A stretch of DNA of 64,000 bases. It comes from a virus. Its lineage: Duplodnaviria > Caudoviricetes. Below, in pieces: positions 27,619 to 37,200 of this stretch (position 1 is its first letter; every line of letters begins with the position of its first letter). Made by a program: the position numbers and the translations under genes. The notes beneath the pieces were generated by a model. The model did not search any database, was not told the origin of the DNA, and worked only from the letters and a program-made list of their open reading frames with translations. Where the stretch lies: the IMG/VR virus record IMGVR_UViG_3300027917_004314. One strand, 5' to 3'.

Positions 27619-28668
27619 ATGAAACTTCAACCATTTCAAATAAGTGATGGGTATTCTAAGTTTATCAATCTAACTGACACGCCTAATGAATACGCTGGAG
27701 ATAGCGCCAAAGCACTTATAGTCAAAGATACCGAGGACGGCTTAGAGTTTGGTACTGCTTCTGGTGGTGCACTTACAGATGGATATTTACGTCTTACAGA
27801 AAAAGATACTGATCCGTCCTCATTATCTGACACCGGAAATGTATACTCGAAAAAAGTAGATGGATACTCCGAATTATACTATATGGATAATTATGGATTA
27901 ATTACTCAGCTTACCAACAAAAGCAGGGTATTTATTCCTACAAACGAACTATATACATATCCTACTAACCCTCATCCACAAGATGATGAGTTTGAAAGTA
28001 CTACTCTTGGTTCGGTTTGGGCAGAAGATTTTACCGCATCTGGAAGTATTGACTACGATGCTGATTTTGCTGCTGGCAATTGTCGTCGCCAGATACATAC
28101 AGATTATGAGAAATCTTGGTATTCTATTCAACCTCCATATGATAGTGCAAGTAAACATCTACATAGATACTATTCTATGCCAACCAATGTATTTATATGG
28201 GCGAGAGTAAAGTTTGAAAGACGTCATGATACTTCTGTAGGTGATGATGATCAAATAATTGGCATGGCTTTAACAGATACAAGTGCTGGGGCCCCACGTT
28301 GGAACTCTTTTATTAAAGTGTGGCTTAATGAACAGGATGCCGGCCAAAGCAACGTTGAAGTAAACTTCCAGTATAACAGCCTTGATAAAGGAACCTATGA
28401 AGGCATTACTGCAAACCAACAAGAGCAAGGGTTTGACTACATTGGTGTACATAAAGTGGGTACTGTGTATTATGTATGGGTGTTTAATAATGTGGGTCAA
28501 GGACTTTGTTTGTGGAATTACGACATGCCAGCTCCAAATTTCTCGATAGATCGAATAGTTTTTATGTTCAAGTCTAGTAGCACTCTCTTCCCAGGAAATT
28601 ATATAGCAGGTATTGATTTTATTCGTTTTGTTGAAAGTGCTACTTTTTTGCCCGGAATGCACAAATAG
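27619..28668 (+). CDS. Putative receptor-binding/lectin-like protein, paralogue C
   Basis: MKLQPFQISDGYS; DDEFESTTL..W; FLPGMHK. Confidence 0.65.
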   Translation: MKLQPFQISDGYSKFINLTDTPNEYAGDSAKALIVKDTEDGLEFGTASGGALTDGYLRLTEKDTDPSSLSDTGNVYSKKVDGYSELYYMDNYGLITQLTNKSRVFIPTNELYTYPTNPHPQDDEFESTTLGSVWAEDFTASGSIDYDADFAAGNCRRQIHTDYEKSWYSIQPPYDSASKHLHRYYSMPTNVFIWARVKFERRHDTSVGDDDQIIGMALTDTSAGAPRWNSFIKVWLNEQDAGQSNVEVNFQYNSLDKGTYEGITANQQEQGFDYIGVHKVGTVYYVWVFNNVGQGLCLWNYDMPAPNFSIDRIVFMFKSSSTLFPGNYIAGIDFIRFVESATFLPGMHK

Positions 28669-28685
28669 AATTATTAGAGAAAAAT

Positions 28686-29798
28686 ATGAAGCCAATATAT
28701 TTAGACAATCATGCTACGACACAAGTGGATCCACAAGTCTTAGATGCTATGTTACCATATTTCACAGAGGAATATGGTAATCCTGCCAGCAGAACTCATA
28801 GATATGGTTGGAAAGCCGAAGAAGCAATAGAAAATGCCAGAGAACAGCTAGCCAACCTTATTAACGCAGACTCAAATCAAATAATTTTCACCAGCGGTGC
28901 TACAGAATCGAACAACATGGTTATTAACCATTTCGACAATGATTATTGTATTTCTACTGCCATAGAGCACAGTTCCATTAAAAATGTACTTAAAGATTGG
29001 TGTGTTGATGAAATAGCGGTCAATCAAGACGGGACTGTCGACTTAGATCATTTACACGACATACTACGTGAAGCGACGTATTTCAATGCCGCATTTGTAA
29101 TGGCGGTAAACAATGAAATGGGTACTATCCAACCCATAGAGATCGTTAAATCAATGGTAAAGGATATAAAGGTCCACTCAGATATGGCCCAAGCCTTAGG
29201 AAAAATTAATATCGATGTACAAAACTTAGACATAGATTTTGCTTCTTTTTCGGCCCACAAAATATACGGTCCAAAGGGTGTTGGTGCTTTATATATTAAA
29301 GAGCCTGAGGGTTTTAAATCACTAATACAAGGCGGCGACCATGAGTTTGGACTGCGAGCTGGCACGCCCAATGTGCCGGCAATAGTCGGGTTTGGAAAAG
29401 CGTGCGAAATTATTCAGACAGAGTCTGTACATAAAATTGCATCAAGAATATTATCCATGAATTTAAAATTGAAGTCTCTTCTCAGGGAGTTAATTCCAGA
29501 TATCATTATCCATGAGTTTCCTAAGGCAGTATCAAATACGGTACACATAGCAGTACCTTGCCAGGATATGGACGTCTTTATGTCTGCTTTAGAGCCAAAT
29601 GTTTCAGTTTCGTTTGGCAGCGCCTGTATGTCACTGCACGACGCCAATTCGTATGTTCTAAAAGCTGTAGGGATACCAGAAGAAGAGGTGCTTAGATCTA
29701 TACGCATAGGTATAGGAAAGTTTAACACAAAAGAAGAAATGGAACTTGCTGCCAACTATATAGCTGAGGCCGTAAGAACATCCAGTGAAGGAGGATAG
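28686..29798 (+). CDS. iscS: Cysteine desulfurase (IscS/NifS group I)
   Basis: YLDNHATT, YGNPAS, FTSGATESNN, EHSS, SAHKIYGPKG (PLP Lys), RAGT.NVP, GSAC (catalytic Cys). Confidence 0.92.
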   Translation: MKPIYLDNHATTQVDPQVLDAMLPYFTEEYGNPASRTHRYGWKAEEAIENAREQLANLINADSNQIIFTSGATESNNMVINHFDNDYCISTAIEHSSIKNVLKDWCVDEIAVNQDGTVDLDHLHDILREATYFNAAFVMAVNNEMGTIQPIEIVKSMVKDIKVHSDMAQALGKINIDVQNLDIDFASFSAHKIYGPKGVGALYIKEPEGFKSLIQGGDHEFGLRAGTPNVPAIVGFGKACEIIQTESVHKIASRILSMNLKLKSLLRELIPDIIIHEFPKAVSNTVHIAVPCQDMDVFMSALEPNVSVSFGSACMSLHDANSYVLKAVGIPEEEVLRSIRIGIGKFNTKEEMELAANYIAEAVRTSSEGG

Positions 29799-29799
29799 C

Positions 29800-30162
29800 A
29801 TGAAGAAGCTAATAAGTCTGGTAGTACTATTATTTCTAGTTGCGTCGTGTAAACACTACGGAGTCCTAGATCATCATAAAATAAAGTCAGACGTATATAT
29901 TGATACAGACTACTCCTGGATTAACAATAGACCCGTTAACAACAGGGTGAAAAGTCTAAGGGCAGTAACTGTAAGAATAATTAATAGAAAGTATATACCC
30001 GTAGAAGTGAGTGTGGAGTGCCGGTTTAGAGAAGGCGGGGAATTGTTTGGAGAAACGACCACTTTGGTAGGTGCTCGCAATGACAAGACTGTGATGATCC
30101 GTGGCTATGCTAGAGCCCCGGTTTCAGAGTGGGCGACTTGTTCTATAGCGCATATAAGATGA
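29800..30162 (+). CDS. Putative lipoprotein
   Basis: MKK, hydrophobic stretch, lipobox LVAS-C. Confidence 0.65.
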   Translation: MKKLISLVVLLFLVASCKHYGVLDHHKIKSDVYIDTDYSWINNRPVNNRVKSLRAVTVRIINRKYIPVEVSVECRFREGGELFGETTTLVGARNDKTVMIRGYARAPVSEWATCSIAHIR

Positions 30163-30644
30163 AATTGCTATATATATTAGTCATAGTGCTATTGTTTGGT
30201 TGTAATTTTGGAGAACTGCCGGAAACGTCACAGGGTTGTAAGATAGATCGCAGAGGAATCCCAGGTTTGCCTTCAAATAGTGAACATTCAAAAGCGTTAG
30301 ATATCCTTATATACAGCGGGAGAAAATATTTCAATGAAGTGCAAATCCGCGATACTCTAAAACTCATTACAATAGAGTGGTGGAATACTATCGCTACTAA
30401 CCCTTCCACCGGACAGTTAAACACAGTGGTAATATATGATGGATATCCCTATAGTGGGTTAACAATTGGAAACCTTTGTAAGATAGCTTGGAGGGGCAAG
30501 TTATTTCGCAGCGCATTTATTCACGAAATATTACACGTGATGGGTACGCGTATTCTGGGTGATCCAAATCCAAACCATACGAATGAAACACTGTACAATG
30601 TCGAGATCGAGGCGAACAAAAAACTCTTCGAACAGAATCTTTAA
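30159..30644 (+). CDS. Putative lipoprotein with an HExxH metallopeptidase motif
   Basis: Lipobox LFG-C; FIHEILH. Confidence 0.6.
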   Translation: MKLLYILVIVLLFGCNFGELPETSQGCKIDRRGIPGLPSNSEHSKALDILIYSGRKYFNEVQIRDTLKLITIEWWNTIATNPSTGQLNTVVIYDGYPYSGLTIGNLCKIAWRGKLFRSAFIHEILHVMGTRILGDPNPNHTNETLYNVEIEANKKLFEQNL

Positions 30645-30722
30645 TGTCTCGCAAATATTAAATTTTTCAGGCGCCGGCCGGCGCTATGTCGACTTTTTAC
30701 GAAAATTGGACTGAAAATTAGC

Positions 30723-31406
30723 ATGGCTAAAAGAAAGAGAAAGAGGAAATTCACTAAAGCGCAGCTTAACACATTATATGAATGTTGGAAAGACGCGGAC
30801 AATTACAAGGACAGGGCAGCTTTAATAGAGGTGCGGCTACCCAACATTCCAATATTATCTGCACTTAAAAAAATGCGTAGTTTAGCCCGCACTGATTCCA
30901 AGTGGCTGCGGTGGGCTACTAGAAAGAAGAATGAGAAGGAAAAGGAAAAGTTAGCAAAAAAGAAAGCGCGAGAAAAAAAGAAAGAAGAGATACTGAAAAG
31001 ACGACTCGCTAGAGAAGAACGCAAGAGAAAAGAGAAGGAAGAAAAGAAAGGCAAAGGTATCAGGGAGAAAATTCGAAGCCGGCTATCCACTGATCATTAT
31101 GAGGCTATAAAGAAACGGGCTGATCCACAATTCTTTTTCTGTAACGGCACACATCAATACGTGTATAATGTATCGTGTATTTTCAGGATATTTAGCGAAC
31201 AACATGAATTTTCGCCGGGTGGACCATGTGACAAGTGTTCTCGTATGGATAAATATGTACCAGTCCTTATGGAGGTGATTAAAGATGGCGGACAGAAAAG
31301 AACTAAACCAAATAAAGCCAGCAAGGGGAGGGGTAAAACTCAAATCAAAAGCCCCAAAGTTGAAGAGACAGGAGCCAGAAAAGCCAAAAATAGTAAACAA
31401 CGTTAG
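30723..31406 (+). CDS. Basic coiled-coil hypothetical protein
   Basis: K/R/E-rich central region; Cys cluster. Confidence 0.7.
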   Translation: MAKRKRKRKFTKAQLNTLYECWKDADNYKDRAALIEVRLPNIPILSALKKMRSLARTDSKWLRWATRKKNEKEKEKLAKKKAREKKKEEILKRRLAREERKRKEKEEKKGKGIREKIRSRLSTDHYEAIKKRADPQFFFCNGTHQYVYNVSCIFRIFSEQHEFSPGGPCDKCSRMDKYVPVLMEVIKDGGQKRTKPNKASKGRGKTQIKSPKVEETGARKAKNSKQR

Positions 31407-31860
31407 CCCAGAGGAAACAGACGGATATATCGAGCCGCCGACCGAAGAGGCGGCTAAACTTATTGCTAGACTAAATAATGCCAAACAGGAATTGATAGGC
31501 GTGATGAGAGAATTTAATAAATTGCTCAACGTGAAAACTTTACCTATCAATAAATCTGCTCAAGATAAAGAAGAAGAGGCAAAGATTATTCACGAGTTGA
31601 TAAGGGCTGCTACAGCTGTAGATGCCATTAATCCTAGTCAACAAGAAGGCGTACTCAGTTTAAGTGTATTTGCTACTAGATTAAGCCTCTTGTTGAGAGA
31701 CGCGGGTAATAAACTTGCATATGAAGTTCAGAAGTTAGAGGAGAGGGTGTCAACGCTGGAAAGCCAAGGCATAACTAAGGAAGAGAATGACCACGCCAAG
31801 GAATATATACTTAGAGAAGCAGAGAAGCTTGGTCTAAAAATATCCATCGAGGACGACTAA
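31285..31860 (+). CDS. Hypothetical coiled-coil protein
   Basis: GGAGGTG RBS; overlaps the upstream gene by 122 nt. Confidence 0.7.
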   Translation: MADRKELNQIKPARGGVKLKSKAPKLKRQEPEKPKIVNNVSPEETDGYIEPPTEEAAKLIARLNNAKQELIGVMREFNKLLNVKTLPINKSAQDKEEEAKIIHELIRAATAVDAINPSQQEGVLSLSVFATRLSLLLRDAGNKLAYEVQKLEERVSTLESQGITKEENDHAKEYILREAEKLGLKISIEDD

Positions 31861-31861
31861 A

Positions 31862-32047
31862 ATGGCAAACTCCTATGATTCCGTAATCGCTAAAATTTTA
31901 GTAGAGTTGGATGCCGAACATGCGGAGTACCAACGACTCTATAGGAGAGTCAATGGCCTAGAAGATCGCATGGCCAAACACATTTATGAACTACAAAAAG
32001 ATCTGTGTGAGAGAATACGGAGAGAACTAGCTAACAAAAGGAGATAG
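31862..32047 (+). CDS. Hypothetical coiled-coil protein
   Basis: Coupled ORF. Confidence 0.6.
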   Translation: MANSYDSVIAKILVELDAEHAEYQRLYRRVNGLEDRMAKHIYELQKDLCERIRRELANKRR

Positions 32048-33109
32048 ATGAATAGGGATACTGCAGTCAAATCCCTTAACACGCTATTTAAACAATTAAA
32101 GATCAAGGCAGAAATTAAACAGTGTAAATTGGAAAGCACATTCCTAACATTTGACATAACCCTAAATCCAGGCGGCACTTTCAGGCAACTCGAGAAATTT
32201 GCAACGGAAATCGCCTTATCATTAAAAGCTCTTTCTGAGCCGTTAATTTATCCTATAACAAAAGAAGGAATAATTAGGATGGAAATTATGGTATCCGAGC
32301 CGGATACTATACCATTTAATGATATAGTCGATTCCAAAGAGTTCTTAAATTCTAACGCCACATTACCGCTAGGCTTGGGTAGATGCAGAAATGGATCGCC
32401 GTTGATAGTAGATCTGGCCAAAATGCCGCACCTACTTATTGGTGGTGCGACTGGCTCCGGAAAATCCATTGCATTACAGGTTATAATTAACAACTTATTG
32501 CTTAATAAAAATCATTACATTAACTTCGCACTTATTGATCCCAAGCGTGTGGAATTTTCATATTACAGTAAATTGCCCAATTTGTATGGACCGATAGCTC
32601 GTAATGTGAAAGATTCGATGGAGATGTTAGGGAATTTAATAGAAGAAATGGAGAAGAGATTTTCCAAACTGGAGAGGCACAATTGCAGGGACATCACGAC
32701 ATACAAAGGCAAGATGCCATTTATCATTATAGTCGTAGATGAGTTGGCTGATCTAATGATGGCCTCAAAAAAGGGCACGCAAGATCTGATATGTCGACTT
32801 GCACAGAAGTCACGTGCGTGTGGAATACATCTGGTAGTTGCTACTCAAAGGCCGTCTGTTGATGTGATTACTGGCTTAATCAAAGCCAACTTTCCGGCAA
32901 GATTAAGCTGCCAAACGAGTTCGGCGGTTGATAGTAGGATTTTACTGGACAGGTGTGGTGCTGAGCGACTTATTGGCAAGGGCGATGCTATTATTAATTG
33001 CTCTGAGTATAATTTTAGAAGATTTAAGGGGGCTTTTTTGTCCGAACAAGATATAATAGATAATGTACGAGCCAGAAGATCGTGGTGGAGTCGGATATGG
33101 AATTCATGA
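32048..33109 (+). CDS. FtsK/SpoIIIE-family ATPase (motor domain only)
   Basis: MPHLLIGGATGSGKS, LIDPKRVE, VVDELADL, RLAQKSRACGIHLVVATQRPSVDVITG.IKANFP.R. Confidence 0.9.
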   Translation: MNRDTAVKSLNTLFKQLKIKAEIKQCKLESTFLTFDITLNPGGTFRQLEKFATEIALSLKALSEPLIYPITKEGIIRMEIMVSEPDTIPFNDIVDSKEFLNSNATLPLGLGRCRNGSPLIVDLAKMPHLLIGGATGSGKSIALQVIINNLLLNKNHYINFALIDPKRVEFSYYSKLPNLYGPIARNVKDSMEMLGNLIEEMEKRFSKLERHNCRDITTYKGKMPFIIIVVDELADLMMASKKGTQDLICRLAQKSRACGIHLVVATQRPSVDVITGLIKANFPARLSCQTSSAVDSRILLDRCGAERLIGKGDAIINCSEYNFRRFKGAFLSEQDIIDNVRARRSWWSRIWNS

Positions 33110-33741
33110 GTGGAGATCCCAACGAAGCCTGGAAATTTAAGAACGTCGTCATTTCTAAAGTTCCAATAGTTCCACTTATGAAAAAATACGGAATGCAACT
33201 TGAGTGCAGGCAAACTGGCCAGGAGTTTACTCATAGAAGTTACTGTCCATTCCACAGGGGTAAGGGCACCGACGGGAGAGAAAGAACACCATCTATGTTT
33301 ATATCGGATAGAACAAATTCTTTTTTTTGTTTCGGCTGCGGAGCTAGCGGATCTGTGATAGATTTCGTCAGTTTGATAGATGGCACTCCTCCACTAGTAG
33401 CGTTACAAAAATTGGCGAAAGATGTTGGACTGTTAGATAAAGATGGTCAGTGGGATGAACTTCAGCTAAACGCGCTAGAAGAAATTACACCTTCTTTCGA
33501 TCCAATGAAGACCATAGAACCCTACTTATTCGATATAAGTGAGTCCATGAGGAAATATATAAAGCAGTTTGCCAGGGAAGAATATTTTGAAAAGGAATTT
33601 AAATGGATAGAGAGAGTTGGCGAAAAAGCCGACGAATTTATTTCTAATATTGGATATGAAGATTGGGAGTATGCTAAAGAGTTATCTGAGAAGATAATCA
33701 GAAGTATTAATAAAAGAAGCAAGAATAGCGGTGGACAATGA
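33097..33741 (+). CDS. Stand-alone CHC2 zinc-finger protein (DnaG Zn-binding domain); start 33097 or 33106
   Basis: CPFH....ERTPS......FFCFGCGASGSVIDFV......AL..LA. Confidence 0.85.
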   Translation: MEFMSGDPNEAWKFKNVVISKVPIVPLMKKYGMQLECRQTGQEFTHRSYCPFHRGKGTDGRERTPSMFISDRTNSFFCFGCGASGSVIDFVSLIDGTPPLVALQKLAKDVGLLDKDGQWDELQLNALEEITPSFDPMKTIEPYLFDISESMRKYIKQFAREEYFEKEFKWIERVGEKADEFISNIGYEDWEYAKELSEKIIRSINKRSKNSGGQ

Positions 33742-34937
33742 AAGTAGTCATATTAGGTGATACACATTTTGGAGGTGGATATTCCCTTGGAAAGATAGAC
33801 TCACATAGACAGTTGAACACCAGGCTTATAGACTTTTCAAATACATTTAATTATGTTGTTGATTATATGATTGATAATGGAGTAAGACACTTCATTATAA
33901 CTGGAGATGTATTCGAATATAGGAGGCCGCAAGCCTCTGAATTAAGCCTATTTTCAGAAAAAATATATAGATTGTCTGAGCTTGGTATACATACGCATAT
34001 TGTAATTGGGAATCACGACTTAATACAAGAACAGCGTGCTACTACTATTGACGTGTTGAGACGTCTTAAGTTACCGAAGGTACACGTTTATGCAGACATT
34101 GATAGTGTAGCATGTGATGATGGTGATACATCTGATATCATTAACTTTATATTCTTTCCTTTTAGAACCAAGAGGATGTTGGATTGTAAAACAAATGATG
34201 AGGCAGTTAATAGGCTTAGCGACAGGCTGCGATATGAGATACGTGGCATTTCCAAAGGACCCAAGATATTGGTCGGCCATTTTATGCTTCAAGGTACGAT
34301 GCTAGGTAACACCGTCCTGGAAGGCCATGGAGGAGAAGTAGTGTTGCCACAATCAATGTTTAAAGGCCTTGACGCTGTTGTGATGGGTCACATACATCCA
34401 CACCAAATCGTTAAGAAAAGTGGGCCGCTGATAACATATGTCGGATCAATGGAGCGCAAAGACTTTGGCGATGCAAAAGACCACAAGTATTTTCTGTTAG
34501 TGGAAACCTGTAATGAAGATATAGCTTTTAAATTTGAGAAGTTGCCGGTAAGACCAGTTTACGATATTACAATAGACCAATCTCTCGTCAAAGAGAGTGT
34601 TACCAATGGCTGCATCAGATTTTTAAGAGACCACGCCAAGCGTAACGAAATGCTTGGTGCTATAGTAAGAATCAATATATTTATTAATGAAAAATCTTTG
34701 TATGATCTCGATAAAGATATGATAAGAGCTTTTCTCAAAAAATTAAATGTACATAATTGCGTTAATATTCATACACAGGTTGTTACCAAGAGGCAATTGC
34801 GTAAATCTACAATTACTGAACGTATCGATCCACTTAAATCTTTCATAGAGTATCTAGACTTAGTTGAGGATCGACAAATGCGAGAACAGATGAGACAAGT
34901 GGGAAGTAAAATTATCAAGGAAAGGCGTGTTACATGA
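33738..34937 (+). CDS. sbcD: SbcD/Mre11-like nuclease
   Basis: GDTH, TGDVF, GNHD, GHF, MGHIH, YVGS. Confidence 0.9.
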   Translation: MKVVILGDTHFGGGYSLGKIDSHRQLNTRLIDFSNTFNYVVDYMIDNGVRHFIITGDVFEYRRPQASELSLFSEKIYRLSELGIHTHIVIGNHDLIQEQRATTIDVLRRLKLPKVHVYADIDSVACDDGDTSDIINFIFFPFRTKRMLDCKTNDEAVNRLSDRLRYEIRGISKGPKILVGHFMLQGTMLGNTVLEGHGGEVVLPQSMFKGLDAVVMGHIHPHQIVKKSGPLITYVGSMERKDFGDAKDHKYFLLVETCNEDIAFKFEKLPVRPVYDITIDQSLVKESVTNGCIRFLRDHAKRNEMLGAIVRINIFINEKSLYDLDKDMIRAFLKKLNVHNCVNIHTQVVTKRQLRKSTITERIDPLKSFIEYLDLVEDRQMREQMRQVGSKIIKERRVT

Positions 34938-37165
34938 TTCCACTCAAATTGACTCTAGAAAATTTTATTTCCCACGTTTATTCTGAACTAGATTTTACAC
35001 AATTCAACGTAGCTCTATTAGTAGGAGCGCACAGCGGAAATCCTGACATATCGAATGGTGTGGGTAAATCGGCTATTTTCGATGGTATGAGGTGGTCTCT
35101 TTACGGAAAAAGTCGTTTTAGTACTAAAGATAAAGTTATAAAAAGGGGGAAAGCATCCTGTAAAGTAATGTTTGAATTTGAATCAAATGGCCAACACTAC
35201 AGGATAATACGACAGCTTAATAAAAAATCTGGCATAAGCGATGTCTCTTTCTCTAAAAAGATAAAAGAAGAATGGGATTCGGACGGCCTCAGCTGCGATA
35301 CTGCAACCATGACCAATCGTAAGATTATAGAGGTTATCAATATGAACGATGATACGTTCGTGAATTCTAACTACTTTAGACAAAATGACATTTCTGGATT
35401 TGCTTCCGCTAGCACCTCGAAGAGGAAAGAGATACTTAAAGAAGTGCTACAGATTGGTATTTGGGATGACTTTTTCAAGATCGCTAAGAACGCTGAAAAA
35501 AACTTTTCTTCGCAAAAAGACGCGCTAGAAGAGCGGATCAAATTTATTGGCGACATAGACGCCCAAAAACTAGCAAATAACAATAAGGTTAAAGAGTTAA
35601 AAATTTCTGTATTGAACATTCGCGGCAGAATGGCTGTATTAGAAAGTCAGCTTAGAGAGAAAAAAGAAAAAGTCACCAAGTTAGAGATAGAAATGGCGTC
35701 TATCAATAATATGACCAGTGCGGGCCTGCAAGAGGAGGCTGCTAGAATTGCATCCAAGGTGAAAGAATTAAAGTTGCGCAGAACCAAGCTACATAGCGAA
35801 GTTAAAACAAACAACGAACAATTTGCAAAGATAGAGCTTGACTGTATGCATCTGGACAAAAAGATATTAGAACTGTTATATGACATAGCCTTGGTATCTC
35901 ATAAAGATAACGACAACAATAGAAATAAATTTGTCCAATTGGCTAAAAAAATGCACCTACGGGGGCCTGGTAAATGGGCTACATATCCAACTTCTAAATA
36001 CAGTCAATCATCTCTAAATAATAAGTTAACTCAAATAGATAAACACAAATCTACCATTAGTCAATTAAAACAAAAACTTAAAAACTTAACGTTACTAGAA
36101 CCCGGAAAAGAATGTCCGACATGTTTAATTGAAGTTAAAAATCCCAGAGGCGTGACTGCCAGAAGGAAAGCAAAAGAAAAATTCCTAAAAAATATGATAG
36201 ATGAAGAACAAGTATTTATAGATGCATTGAGTGATTCTATCAAGGAAGAACAGGCCGCCATAGACAAAGCAAACGAGGCACGCATTGAGGTGGAGAGGCT
36301 GGGTTTGGTAATAGCGAAAAGAATGTCTGCCCAATCTGACATCATGAGAAGGAATGAAATGATTCAGATGGAACTTAGCGATATTTCAGCAAAATGGGCT
36401 TCGCTTAAACAAGATAAGCAAACAGTTCTATCGATTGCGGCGACACATAAAGACGATAGTAAGATGGCAATGGATCTAAGTAAAGCCATAGCCGAACGTA
36501 ATAGTACAGCCACTAAAGTAGACGAAATTAGGAAGCAAATGTTAGAGTTGAGCGTGGAACTCGGTCATCTAGAAGGATACGGCGAAGACTTAGAGAGAAG
36601 GCTGTCAGAAAGAAAAGCGTTGACTGACCAAAAAGATAAACTTGTCAACAGCATAGATGTCTACTCGAATGTTGCGAAAGCCTTTAGTCGTGATGGCATT
36701 CAAGCTATTATAATGGAAAACGTTACAGAAGATTTGCGCAAATATACGAATTCCATATTAAAACAGATTTGTAGTGAACAGATGTCTGTGGATTTCGTTA
36801 CGCAGAAACAGACCAGTTCTGGTACTTGGAAAGAGTATTTTGACATTAAAATTTCCATAGGCGGTGACATATTGGATTTTGACGACCTAAGTGGTGGAGA
36901 ACAAGTCAGAATGTCCATTGCACTACGCCTAGCATTGAGCCAATTGTTGATGAGGCGCGTTGGCAGTAATGTTAAATTCCTGCTCCTTGACGAGGTGGAT
37001 CAAGCATTAGATAAACAAGGCATAGAAGCTTTGTCAGAAGCTATTAATACTTTGTCTAAAAGCCTTAAGATATTGGTGATTACACACAATGAATCAATGA
37101 AAGAGAAGTTCGATAACATTATTACTATACAGAAAGGTCCTTCTGGGAGTATTCTGAAACAGTAA
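34934..37165 (+). CDS. sbcC: SbcC/Rad50-like SMC ATPase
   Basis: NGVGKS, coiled coils, CPTC zinc hook, LSGGE, LLLDE, ITH. Confidence 0.9.
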   Translation: MIPLKLTLENFISHVYSELDFTQFNVALLVGAHSGNPDISNGVGKSAIFDGMRWSLYGKSRFSTKDKVIKRGKASCKVMFEFESNGQHYRIIRQLNKKSGISDVSFSKKIKEEWDSDGLSCDTATMTNRKIIEVINMNDDTFVNSNYFRQNDISGFASASTSKRKEILKEVLQIGIWDDFFKIAKNAEKNFSSQKDALEERIKFIGDIDAQKLANNNKVKELKISVLNIRGRMAVLESQLREKKEKVTKLEIEMASINNMTSAGLQEEAARIASKVKELKLRRTKLHSEVKTNNEQFAKIELDCMHLDKKILELLYDIALVSHKDNDNNRNKFVQLAKKMHLRGPGKWATYPTSKYSQSSLNNKLTQIDKHKSTISQLKQKLKNLTLLEPGKECPTCLIEVKNPRGVTARRKAKEKFLKNMIDEEQVFIDALSDSIKEEQAAIDKANEARIEVERLGLVIAKRMSAQSDIMRRNEMIQMELSDISAKWASLKQDKQTVLSIAATHKDDSKMAMDLSKAIAERNSTATKVDEIRKQMLELSVELGHLEGYGEDLERRLSERKALTDQKDKLVNSIDVYSNVAKAFSRDGIQAIIMENVTEDLRKYTNSILKQICSEQMSVDFVTQKQTSSGTWKEYFDIKISIGGDILDFDDLSGGEQVRMSIALRLALSQLLMRRVGSNVKFLLLDEVDQALDKQGIEALSEAINTLSKSLKILVITHNESMKEKFDNIITIQKGPSGSILKQ

Positions 37166-37200
37166 AACCTATCAATTTTCTATTATTTAAAGGAGTTGGC

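Noticed and set aside
25457-28668. Diversity-generating retroelement or invertible fibre switch
   Set aside because: No reverse transcriptase, invertase or near-identical template/variable repeat pair; all three paralogues are intact and co-oriented.
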